The notes beneath the pieces are model-generated. The model saw only the letters and a list, made by a program, of their open reading frames with translations. It was not told the origin of the DNA and did no database searches. Below, in pieces: positions 1 through 8,813 of a stretch of DNA of 48,420 nt. Both the position numbers and the translations under genes were made by a program. Location of the stretch: assembly GCA_018396435.1 (NCBI GenBank), contig JAGTRG010000005.1:1-48420 (forward strand), read 5' to 3'. Numbering within the stretch: the stretch's first letter is position 1; every line of letters begins with the position of its first letter. Origin of the DNA: Candidatus Bathyarchaeota archaeon. Lineage in GTDB: Archaea; Thermoproteota; Bathyarchaeia; Bathyarchaeales; DTEX01.

Positions 1-450
1 GATGGCTCCCAGTTTCCCATACCCAAACCGGGGTATGGTACTCCGGGACACCGGTCCAGCTCCACTCGGCTTACGCCTACGGGGCTTTCACCCTCTACGG
101 CGGACCATTCCAGGCCACTTCAGCTTCGCCAAGGAGGAGGCGACCGGGCCCACTACGCTACATCCCCCATGGGTTTCCCCATAAGGTTCAGTTTAGACTC
201 TCCCCCTTTCGCTCGCCGCTACTTAGGGGATCCCTGTTGGTTTCTCTTCCTCCCCCTAATAAGATGTTTCCGTTCGGGGGGTTTCCACTCCCTACTTGGG
301 AGCATCGCAGAGCATTAACTCTGCGATGGGAAGTCCCATTCGGGAATCCCCGGATCGAAGGCTGCATGCGCCTACCCGGGGCTTATCGCAGCTTGCCGCG
401 CCCTTCCTCAGCGTTCAAGCCGAGCTATCCACCAGACGGCGTCGGCGTGC
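1..450 (-). rRNA. rrl: 23S rRNA, 5' portion (truncated by window edge)
   Basis: Reverse complement reads GCCGTCTGGTGGATAGCTCGGCTTG...GCAAGCTGCGATAAGCC...GAAACATCTTATTAG...CCCTAAGTAGCGGCGAGCGAAA, the conserved archaeal 23S 5' region. Exact 5' end is approximate. Confidence 0.96.
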
Positions 451-610
451 CGGGCTTACTCGGGTTCAGCACCCGTTTAACGATTTGGATCTATGCATGG
501 TGCTCATTGTGAGAGTGATTTCTCTCACTTTCACCCTTCCCCCGCCAACCTTGCGTTGGAGGGGTGCATGTTTGGGAAGTTTCTGCAAAATGTTGTTTAC
601 ATTTTTCCCG

Positions 611-622
611 ATATAAACTTTC
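611..622 (-). promoter_or_regulatory. BRE/TATA promoter for the stand-alone 23S rRNA
   Basis: Minus strand GAAAG-TTTATAT about 160 nt upstream of the 23S 5' end, followed by a hairpin-rich leader. A second TTTATAT lies at 634-640. Confidence 0.6.
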
Positions 623-732
623 TGCTTAGCTCCATATAAAGATAACTAATATGCCTATATTCTGCGGTGCGGGATATGAGTAACATTAATATTTTTCTCG
701 CTTCAGAATAGTATCCTTGAAGGCAAAGCGGA

Positions 733-2388
733 ATGATTGTCAAGAGTTTCGGTCTTAAACTTAAGGGTCTTATTTTAGTCTCTGCATTTTGCCTCCTATT
801 AACGTTGGGTCCATATTCATCGTTTACGATGGTTTTTTCCAGCCCGGAGCCTCAAGGATACATTGATTACTGGTTTATTGTTGATGAGGATGGTTTCACG
901 CAAGTTAGAATCGTCTACAAGAACAATATGGAGAACGGGTCTTCATGGATGTTTATTCCAAGATTTTCTGAATGGCTAAACTATACTGTTAGTGGGCGCG
1001 TCTATGAATGGTCTTTGGAAGAGCCTGAGAAATATGTGGGCGCAGAATACTACTTCTATAATATTTTAAGTTTCAACTTTTTCTCTAGGGGTTCTCAATT
1101 TGAGATGGTTGTGGAATTTAATTTTTCAAGGGCTGCCATAATAATTGAGCCTAATGGAATGTTCTATTCGCCGCAAATAGGCTTCAGCAGGGGGAGCATA
1201 CTCAAAGCATCGGTTATTTTTCCATCGGCTTTTAGGATAAACCGGAATGAGGCTTTGGCTTTGGGGGCTAGCGGCTCATACAGACCTAGCTACTTAAACT
1301 CCACCTTCGCCTTTTTTGAAAATTTGCCCTCATCTGAGAATCTTCTGCGCATACAGATAGGTTTTAGCACACCTAACAAAAAAGCGGAGATGGTTTCTCT
1401 TGAGAGCGGCATTTTCAGGTTTGAAACTGTTAAGCGCTATGAATCTTATGCTCAAAGCATTCTAGGATTATACAATGCCTCATATGAAACTTTGGTCAAC
1501 CTTTTCAATGTAACCCTCAGGTTTAATGGTTCGGCTGACGATCTGATCGTGAGATTTTTTATCCCAGACTTTAATTCCTTAATGTCAATCGGTGGATACG
1601 TGCCCTTCTCAGGCAAAAGCATGGGTGACATATATATAAATTTCATGTTCACCCGGTATGTGGAGGGCTACCTGGAAGTTGTAGCATTGCATGAGCTTAT
1701 TCATCATTTCCTCTGGAGGGCCGGCGTATCGCCGCAAAACCTTCTATGGTTCCATGAGGGAATAGCGCAGTATGTCAGCATAGAGATCGCTGAGAAATTA
1801 GGCTATGCTGGCGCAGGCATGATTGAGGAAAGCATTGAGGAAAGCGTTAAAGATTTGGAAGGAATGCTTAGCGGGAACTTCGGTTTCTTGGCGGAATGGA
1901 CCCCAACTACTACCCCAAGGGACTTTAATACCCTGTATGCCGCCGCATATTATGTTGTTAGCAGATTGGCTGGGAACCGAGGCTTAGATTATTATGCGAG
2001 ATTCTTTAAAATTATTAATGGTGAGAAGATTGAGGATTCCGTTGCGCTATGTTATTATTTAAGCCTGGCATCTGGTGAATCTGTCGCAGATAAATTGAAT
2101 GCGTGGGGGTTCAATATACCTGACCTTTACACTTACTCGCCGCTTCTGAGGGAGATTGAGAAGGCTGTAAAAGATGTTGACCCAATTTCTCAGCCTTTCA
2201 AGCGTCTAGCTGAATCGATTTATAAGATGGTTATATCTGGAGGACATGTAAGCGCTGAATATGTATTGCCATGCTTACTCGCTGCGTTGGTTGTCGCCCT
2301 CCTAGCTCCACTTCTAACTTTGCTGATGTATTCTGGGGTGTTATTTGCGCTTATGCTTTTCATACTTAAGAAGAAGGGCGTTCTATAA
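733..2388 (+). CDS. membrane-anchored, secreted gluzincin (peptidase MA/M1-like) metalloprotease
   Basis: HELIH (HExxH) followed by WFHEGIAQY; N-terminal signal-like segment; C-terminal hydrophobic segment ending KKKG. Confidence 0.8.
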   Translation: MIVKSFGLKLKGLILVSAFCLLLTLGPYSSFTMVFSSPEPQGYIDYWFIVDEDGFTQVRIVYKNNMENGSSWMFIPRFSEWLNYTVSGRVYEWSLEEPEKYVGAEYYFYNILSFNFFSRGSQFEMVVEFNFSRAAIIIEPNGMFYSPQIGFSRGSILKASVIFPSAFRINRNEALALGASGSYRPSYLNSTFAFFENLPSSENLLRIQIGFSTPNKKAEMVSLESGIFRFETVKRYESYAQSILGLYNASYETLVNLFNVTLRFNGSADDLIVRFFIPDFNSLMSIGGYVPFSGKSMGDIYINFMFTRYVEGYLEVVALHELIHHFLWRAGVSPQNLLWFHEGIAQYVSIEIAEKLGYAGAGMIEESIEESVKDLEGMLSGNFGFLAEWTPTTTPRDFNTLYAAAYYVVSRLAGNRGLDYYARFFKIINGEKIEDSVALCYYLSLASGESVADKLNAWGFNIPDLYTYSPLLREIEKAVKDVDPISQPFKRLAESIYKMVISGGHVSAEYVLPCLLAALVVALLAPLLTLLMYSGVLFALMLFILKKKGVL

Positions 2389-2988
2389 TTTATTCCCAAT
2401 CAGATTCCTAGATATCATTGCTTTTCTATCATCAGCATCTTTAATGGTTTTTTCAAAGAGATCTCCCCCATGAGAGTCTATGGCGATCACCAGCGGGCCG
2501 AATTTTTCAACCTGAAACGTCCATACGGCTTCAGGAATCCCCAGATCCATCCATTCAACGCCCAGCACCCTTATAATATATTTTGATGCTAAAACGGCGG
2601 CTCCGCCAGTGAATACCCCGTATGCTGACCCATTCTTCACCATCGCCATTTTGGTCTTATTCCCCATGCCGCCCTTGCCTATTACAAGTCTAACACTGAG
2701 CTTCTCTATGATTTCATGCTCGAAGGGCTCCATACGCATGCTGGTTGTTGGTCCCGCTGAGACTACAGTCCATTGATCATTCGCCTTTTTAACCAACGGT
2801 CCGCAATGGTAGAGCGCTAAACCGTCAAATTTAAAGGGCAACTCCTTAGATTCCCTTAGATACTGGCATATTCTTTTATGGGCTAGATCCCGCGCTGTGA
2901 TTAACGTTCCGGTTAAATAGATTATGTCGCCAACCCTCAGTCTGCGTACATCATTTTCCGAGATTGGTGTTCTTAGATTAATATACAT
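2383..2988 (-). CDS. Fe-S hydro-lyase (fumarate hydratase/tartrate dehydratase) beta subunit
   Basis: TARDLAH, HCGP, GPTTSMRM, IGKGGMG, DLGIPEA and IDSHG motifs; GGAGG SD. Confidence 0.9.
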   Translation of the reverse strand: MYINLRTPISENDVRRLRVGDIIYLTGTLITARDLAHKRICQYLRESKELPFKFDGLALYHCGPLVKKANDQWTVVSAGPTTSMRMEPFEHEIIEKLSVRLVIGKGGMGNKTKMAMVKNGSAYGVFTGGAAVLASKYIIRVLGVEWMDLGIPEAVWTFQVEKFGPLVIAIDSHGGDLFEKTIKDADDRKAMISRNLIGNKL

Positions 2989-3036
2989 GACGTTTCCTCC
3001 TCCACATTAAATGCTTTGTTTTTCTTTCACTCCCAA

Positions 3037-4116
3037 TCAGCCGTAGGCAGCCTTAAATCTATCAATGAGCTCCCTTGCCTCCCTATATGAAGCGCATGTG
3101 GTTTGGATCGCCACGCCTCTAGGAGATATTTTATTAAGTATGTGCAGCACCCTTTGGGGTTGAACAAATATTTGAAGAAGCTTTCCCTTCCCCTGTATTT
3201 TCCTGTACAATGGCACCCATGTCTCTTCCCCTCCATCAGGATTTCCCGCGCCGGGAATCCATTGTATACCGTCCAATTCAGGGATGTCGAGCAGTTTTTC
3301 CAGATGCTTCAACTCTAATGGTCCGTCTAAATGCCATATCGTTCTTTCAATAGTTTTGCATGCTTCAACTATGTAAGGGTAAACCAGCTGATCGAATACT
3401 CTGGGGGACAAGTAGACGATGGTATCGCATTGAAGCACATAGTGCCTCCTTTCGCTCCAGAGGCCTGCCCATGTGGAGAATCCATTTTCCGGGTTATCTA
3501 TCAATCCGCAGAGCTCTTCGTAAGATTGAAACCAGATCTCCTCAACTCTCCTTAAGGCTTCAACCAAGCTGCTCCAGTTAAGAAAAGCATCTCTTATCAT
3601 ATCCGTTGGAAAGTTTCCCCTAAGCAGCCCGAGAACCGTAATTGGGTCAAGCAGGTCGGTGAGCCCTACAACAGCCTCTTCTCGGCATCTTTCTAAAGCG
3701 GTCCTTGTACATTTAACAAGATATCTCCACCATTCATTTTGCGTGTCAAACTCAACTTTTTTAATTTCCTCCAATTTCATTCTACCTTCAAACCAGGCTG
3801 TATCGATCTCTGGGTTAAATTTCACATCGGCCCCTAAACATGCAGATAGGAATCCTGGTCCCAGATTTATCCAAGCGTTTGGGTAAGCCTCCCCGAGAAA
3901 GCAGACCTCTCTAAACTGCGATAGCAGCGTATCTATCGCCTTATCCACATTGGGGTAGTGCCTGAGGAAAACCCATATGTCTATTGTTTCCCTCCAATGG
4001 TCGTTTTTCGGTGCAAGAATCTGCAGTATGGGTTTATCTAGGCTTCTCTCCCACCAAGCCTTAAAGGCGTCTTTCACTTCGTTCCAATCCTCTTTATTTA
4101 TCATTTGGAACACCAT
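3037..4116 (-). CDS. URO-D/cobalamin-dependent methyltransferase-like TIM-barrel protein
   Basis: LQCD...SP, WHLDG and IQWIPGAG motifs typical of a URO-D-like subfamily. Confidence 0.7.
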   Translation of the reverse strand: MVFQMINKEDWNEVKDAFKAWWERSLDKPILQILAPKNDHWRETIDIWVFLRHYPNVDKAIDTLLSQFREVCFLGEAYPNAWINLGPGFLSACLGADVKFNPEIDTAWFEGRMKLEEIKKVEFDTQNEWWRYLVKCTRTALERCREEAVVGLTDLLDPITVLGLLRGNFPTDMIRDAFLNWSSLVEALRRVEEIWFQSYEELCGLIDNPENGFSTWAGLWSERRHYVLQCDTIVYLSPRVFDQLVYPYIVEACKTIERTIWHLDGPLELKHLEKLLDIPELDGIQWIPGAGNPDGGEETWVPLYRKIQGKGKLLQIFVQPQRVLHILNKISPRGVAIQTTCASYREARELIDRFKAAYG

Positions 4117-4141
4117 TATATTTTACATGACCCCACATAGA

Positions 4142-5209
4142 TTAATCATATTTTTCGGCAGCGCCATGGATCGGATATTCTCCATACTTTTTTGCGGCTT
4201 TAAGCATTATTATGAAATTTTGCGGTGAAACAGAATCATGTATGGTGTGTCCCGATCCTAGTATGTATCCTCCGCCATATGCAGCTTCATTAATGGCTTT
4301 CTTAACTTCCCTTATAACCTGATCCGCTGTTCCGCTTGTAAGCGTATATGCGACATCGATATTTCCTATAAGGCATATTTCCTCACCATATTTCGCTTTC
4401 GCATCGCAAAGTTTCATCCCAGCCGTAGGTTCTAAAGGTTGAACAGCATCTATGCCGGCTTCTATTATCCCATTCATAAGCAAATTTATGTTACCGTCGC
4501 AGTGGAGCAGCACAGGCACCCCTCTCTTATGAAAATTTTCAGCCACCCTTCGAAGCTCCGGATATATGATCTCCATCCATCTTTTTGGGGAGATGAAAGG
4601 CCCTGTTTTATATGCGAAATCGTCCGCAACAAGGAGGGCTTCTGCCCCCGCGTCTATCAAGGCGTTACCGCAAGCAATAGTATAGTCTGCATGGTCTTTG
4701 ATAACCCTTCTTACGAAGCCTAAGTTGCTTTGCATATATCTGAAAAAGTCAACAAAGCCCACCGCTTCTATGGCTACTTCAAAGATGCTCCCGCAGCATG
4801 GAATTAAGAAAAGCCGCCCTTCAGATGCCTTTACACTTTCTTTAAAATACTCAACTCTCCAAGGATCATGGGGGTCAGGTCTGGGAAAAGCATAGTATTT
4901 TTCAGGGGTATTAAGTGTGCCTCCCAAATAGAAGTCAGATGTGGAGAAAGAGATTTTCCTCGTGAATAATCTTCCAAACTCATCAACATATCTATCGCTG
5001 TTCAACTGCTTACTATTCTGGTGATTTAGGAAAGGCCATATTACCAACGAATCTAATCCTAATTTTGATAAAGCAATAAATTTTTCATGATCGATTAAGC
5101 CTGGAAAGATCTTTTTAAGCACCACATCGCTTATCCCTACCTCAAGAAGGGGTACTCTATCGGGTTCCTCTAGGAAAATTGCGGAGAGAACCCGATCTCT
5201 TGAATTCAA
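4142..5209 (-). CDS. uroporphyrinogen decarboxylase (URO-D)/MtaA-CmuA family protein
   Basis: MNSRDRV..A....EPDRVP N-terminus; ADDFA, LHCDG, GNID, GGGYILGSGH. Confidence 0.85.
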   Translation of the reverse strand: MNSRDRVLSAIFLEEPDRVPLLEVGISDVVLKKIFPGLIDHEKFIALSKLGLDSLVIWPFLNHQNSKQLNSDRYVDEFGRLFTRKISFSTSDFYLGGTLNTPEKYYAFPRPDPHDPWRVEYFKESVKASEGRLFLIPCCGSIFEVAIEAVGFVDFFRYMQSNLGFVRRVIKDHADYTIACGNALIDAGAEALLVADDFAYKTGPFISPKRWMEIIYPELRRVAENFHKRGVPVLLHCDGNINLLMNGIIEAGIDAVQPLEPTAGMKLCDAKAKYGEEICLIGNIDVAYTLTSGTADQVIREVKKAINEAAYGGGYILGSGHTIHDSVSPQNFIIMLKAAKKYGEYPIHGAAEKYD

Positions 5210-5349
5210 TATTTTCCCCTCCAGTTTATTTCTCCCAAAATTTTCCTCAAGTTTATGAGGCTTTGCCGCGTGCCCTCTTCCGGATTTAAAGTATTCTCAT
5301 ATTCTATAGAGAGGTACCCTTTGCATTCCACTACTACCAAACCAAACAT
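5206..5349 (-). pseudogene. C-terminal remnant (47 aa) of a sugar-phosphate isomerase/epimerase TIM-barrel gene
   Basis: Hand translation MFGLVVVECKGYLSIEYENTLNPEEGTRQSLINLRKILGEINWRGKY*; KGYLSIEYE...PEEG.R.SL..LR matches the xylose-isomerase-like (AP_endonuc_2) C-terminus; its stop overlaps the next start (TTGA). Confidence 0.6.
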
Positions 5350-6102
5350 TTTCTCAGCATCCCCCCGATTAAGGCTTGTCTCGGCTTAATAAATAGAAAA
5401 CTTCAGATAAAAAGTCTTATTATGTAAGATTTTTATGGGTGACTCTTACGTTAGAAAAGGGCTGGGATAAGCGGCGAAACCTTTTATAGAACTTTGAATG
5501 TTAGAAGAGTTGATTAGCCAGCAATGGCAACTTAGACCTTTTCGTTGGAAATACTGAGCAACCCTAGCGACCCGCTATATAACACCCTAATCTCTTCGTA
5601 AGCCCGTTATGGGGCTCCACAACTCGTTTATTAGGCTTGGACGAAGGGTTACGATGAAAGTTGTTCGGCTCAGGCGGCAGGTTTAAAGGTGGCTGAACAA
5701 AAGCAGCATGCAGAATGCACACGCCAATAAAATTGCTACAGTAGCAATTTTTTTCTCAGGGATAACAACTGTAGCAATGGATTAGGGAATAGGGTTGGTT
5801 TTAAGGATGGACCGGAAATCATATTGAGGTACTCCTTCAGAATATACCTCCCACTCCTAGAACATGAGCAGATAACAGAATTCCAAGGGAGGAGCAAATC
5901 CTCAAGAAGACGCCCCCGCAATTTTCTCAGATTTAAACGGTTAGAGTGCTACACCAAAATCGCTTGGCATAACCGAAAGAAGCATATTTAAGAGAGCTTT
6001 ATGAAATCACAAACAGAAACAGCCTTAATCCCAATCTTCGGATTCGAACTCCGAGAATGGAGCCAATTTTAAGCCGTGTTCCAGAAGATCAGATTGAAAA
6101 AG

Positions 6103-6180
6103 TGGCGGGCCCGAGGGGAATTGAACCCCCGACCCTCGGCTTAGGAGGCCGATGCCCTATCCTGACTAGGCCACGGGCCC
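6103..6180 (-). tRNA. tRNA-Arg(CCT), intronless, CCA encoded
   Basis: GGGCCCGTGGCCTAGTCAGGATAGGGCATCGGC-CT-CCT-AA-GCCGAGGGTCGGGGGTTCAATTCCCCTCGGGCCCGCCA forms a cloverleaf. Confidence 0.97.
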
Positions 6181-6283
6181 CACAATTCTTTGCTCAAGGA
6201 ATAAATTAAATTTTATGTTGCATTCTGTTTCGGTAAAAGATAAATTTTTGTTTCACCCCTTTCCTTAGAAGGAGAAGGCTGAT

Positions 6284-7201
6284 TTGAAGATTAAGGATCC
6301 CTTTGGAAGGGCTGTTGAAAATATAAGGGTGTCAGTTACCCAAAGATGCAACTTCAGCTGCATCTATTGCCACCGTGAGGGTCAAGCGTCAAATTATGAG
6401 GTTGAGATGTCGGCTGGAGAAATTAAGCGAATAGTTAGGTTAGCTGCCTCCTTAGGTGTTGACAGCGTTAAATTAACGGGCGGTGAACCCCTACTGCGCA
6501 GCGACATAATTGACATAACGCGCGGGATAAGCAGCATAACCGGCATAAAGGATGTTTCCATGACGACGAATGGTTTCCTCCTAGCTCAATACGCTGAGCA
6601 ATTAAAGGAAGCTGGCCTTTCAAGGGTTAACGTCAGCCTAGACACATTGAAACCTGAAAGGTTTAGGTTTATCACCAGTATAAATGCCCATAAAAACGTT
6701 GTTGATGGAATAATTAGAGCTGTTGAGGTGGGCTTAAACCCGGTTAAAGCAAACGTGGTGCTGCTTAAAAACGTAAACGATGATGAAGTAAGCGACCTGA
6801 TAGATTTTGCGGGAAGCCACAGCATAGTGCTTCAAATAATTGAGCTTGAGAAATTCGGCAATGAAACCTTTTATGAGCAGTATCACGTTGATCTAAGCAG
6901 CCTCGAAAAAGAGCTTGAGGAGAAAGCCTCAGAAATAATTGTTAGGCGGATGCAGCATAGGAAAAAATACATTCTTGACAATGGGGCTGAGGTTGAGATC
7001 GTCAAGCCCATGCATAATACTGAATTCTGCCTTCACTGTAATAGAATCCGCCTCACATCCGATGGGCGGCTTAAACCATGCCTATTCAAGAACGATAACC
7101 TAGTAGACCTTCTAGAGCCCATGAGGCGGGGCGAAGACGATGAATATTTGAAGAATCTATTTATTGAGGCTGTGATGAGGAGAAAACCCTACTTTATATA
7201 G
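6284..7201 (+). CDS. moaA: GTP 3',8-cyclase (molybdopterin/tungstopterin biosynthesis radical SAM)
   Basis: RVSVTQRCNFSCIYCH, LTGGEPLLR, C-terminal FCLHCNRIRLTSDG.LKPCL. Confidence 0.95.
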   Translation: MKIKDPFGRAVENIRVSVTQRCNFSCIYCHREGQASNYEVEMSAGEIKRIVRLAASLGVDSVKLTGGEPLLRSDIIDITRGISSITGIKDVSMTTNGFLLAQYAEQLKEAGLSRVNVSLDTLKPERFRFITSINAHKNVVDGIIRAVEVGLNPVKANVVLLKNVNDDEVSDLIDFAGSHSIVLQIIELEKFGNETFYEQYHVDLSSLEKELEEKASEIIVRRMQHRKKYILDNGAEVEIVKPMHNTEFCLHCNRIRLTSDGRLKPCLFKNDNLVDLLEPMRRGEDDEYLKNLFIEAVMRRKPYFI

Positions 7202-7251
7202 GAAAATATCATGATGTAATATTAAATATTTTCAGGCTAGGTGCAGCCATT

Positions 7252-8301
7252 ATGGCTGGAAAAGTTAGGTTCGGCATAATTGGAACAGGCGTTGGAGGCA
7301 ACTTTTGTGCAAATGGAATAGCGCTTATAGCTAACAGCGGCATAGCCGAGCTGACGGCAGTTACAAGCCGGAGGGAAGAAAGAGCAAGAGAATTCGCGTC
7401 AAAATGGGGCGTAAAACAATGGTACACCGATTACAGAAAGATGCTTACGGAGGCGCCAATAGACGCTGTCATAATAAGCACGCCGCACTATCAGCATTAT
7501 CCTATGGCTTTAGACGCAATAGAAGCCAATAAACATGTTCTAATCGACAAGCCTATGGCAATAAACCTAAAAGAAGCGGATGAAATCATTAGGGAAGCTG
7601 AGAGAAAAGGAGTAAAACTTGGAGTGAACCTCCAATCACGATTCGACCCAACCATCAAGAAGGTTAAGGAAGCCGCAGACGCCGGAATATTTGGGCGTCT
7701 AATCCTAGGTGAGGCGGTGATTGAATGGTTCAGAACCAAGGAATACTATGAAAACAGCGCATGGAGAGGACGCTGGTCAACTGAAGGCGGAGGCGTGCTG
7801 ATAAACCAGGCCATCCATACGATAGATCTCCTATTATGGATCATGGGTTCCCCAAAGTGTCTCTGGGCTCAAATGGGCACATTCGCTCACAGAATAGAAG
7901 TTGAGGATCTTGCCGCTGCAATAATTAGGTTTGAGAACGGCGCCATTGGGATAATACAGGGAAGCACAGCGATCTACCCTGGGCTGCCAACTAGGCTTGA
8001 AATACATGGAACAAAGGGAACAGCCATAATTGAAGGCGAGAGTCTGAAAAGATGGTCCATAATTGGCGGGGAGGACATGGTTTCAGAAGCCACAAAGGAG
8101 GGATTGAAATCATGGGCTAAGCCTGAGATTGTTCCGGCAACCAACCATGCAGCCTTAATAAAAGATTTCGCTGAGGCAATCCTTGAAAATAGGAAGCCGG
8201 CTGTCGACGGGGTTGAGGGCCGAAAATCTCTTGAGGTTATAATGGCCATATATAAGTCAGGTAGAACAAACAATGTTGTGACCTTCCCGCTAAGCAATTA
8301 A
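7252..8301 (+). CDS. Gfo/Idh/MocA family oxidoreductase
   Basis: GIIGTG Rossmann motif, DKPMA, GGGVLINQAIHTID. Confidence 0.92.
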   Translation: MAGKVRFGIIGTGVGGNFCANGIALIANSGIAELTAVTSRREERAREFASKWGVKQWYTDYRKMLTEAPIDAVIISTPHYQHYPMALDAIEANKHVLIDKPMAINLKEADEIIREAERKGVKLGVNLQSRFDPTIKKVKEAADAGIFGRLILGEAVIEWFRTKEYYENSAWRGRWSTEGGGVLINQAIHTIDLLLWIMGSPKCLWAQMGTFAHRIEVEDLAAAIIRFENGAIGIIQGSTAIYPGLPTRLEIHGTKGTAIIEGESLKRWSIIGGEDMVSEATKEGLKSWAKPEIVPATNHAALIKDFAEAILENRKPAVDGVEGRKSLEVIMAIYKSGRTNNVVTFPLSN

Positions 8302-8322
8302 TCTCAAAGAGAGGTTATTAAA

Positions 8323-8811
8323 ATGAAAAGTAAAGTTGTAATTTTAATGGGCTCAAAAGCAGACCTCGACTTCTCCCAAGAAATAGTTAAATACTTAAGC
8401 GCCCTAGGTGTTGAGTATGAATTTCGAGTTGCATCCGCCCACAAGACCCCGGAGAAAGTCCTGGGAATATTGAAAGAATACGAGAATGATAAAGTGGTTT
8501 TCATAACAGTTGCTGGAAGATCCAATGCACTAAGCGCATTTGTGGATGCGAACACGCTGAAACCGGTTATAGCATGTCCACCATACTCCGAGAAATTCGG
8601 CGGCGCAGACATATATTCCTCATTAAGGGTTCCGAGCGGAATAGGATCAGTTGTAACCATTGAGCCTGAGGGCGCGGCAATAGCCGCGGCGAAGATCCTT
8701 GCTTTAGATAACCCCCAACTATCCGAAAACATCCTTAAATATCAAAGTTCAAAAAGGATGGAAATCGAGGAAGCCGATAAGGCGGTTAGGAATATTAAGA
8801 GAGGAATCTGA
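8323..8811 (+). CDS. purE: AIR carboxylase PurE (class II-like)
   Basis: MGSKAD, VASAHKTP, VAGRSNALS, PVIACPP, SSLRVPSG. Confidence 0.92.
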   Translation: MKSKVVILMGSKADLDFSQEIVKYLSALGVEYEFRVASAHKTPEKVLGILKEYENDKVVFITVAGRSNALSAFVDANTLKPVIACPPYSEKFGGADIYSSLRVPSGIGSVVTIEPEGAAIAAAKILALDNPQLSENILKYQSSKRMEIEEADKAVRNIKRGI

Positions 8812-8813
8812 GA

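Noticed and set aside
2-616. Plus-strand ORFs of 60-106 aa
   Set aside because: Antisense shadows of the 23S rRNA and its leader
5683-5781. Minus-strand frame SIATVVIPEKKIATVAILLACAFCMLLLFSHL resembling a PEF-CTERM sorting tail
   Set aside because: No PEF Phe, no basic tail, stops immediately upstream, and partly a by-product of the palindrome
5736-5921. 61-aa ORF
   Set aside because: No recognisable motif or SD; lies in the decayed region
6035-6057. GTTCGAATCC T-loop-like sequence as a possible att or tRNA fragment
   Set aside because: Does not match the adjacent tRNA-Arg 3' half (GTTCAATTCC) and does not form a proper T stem
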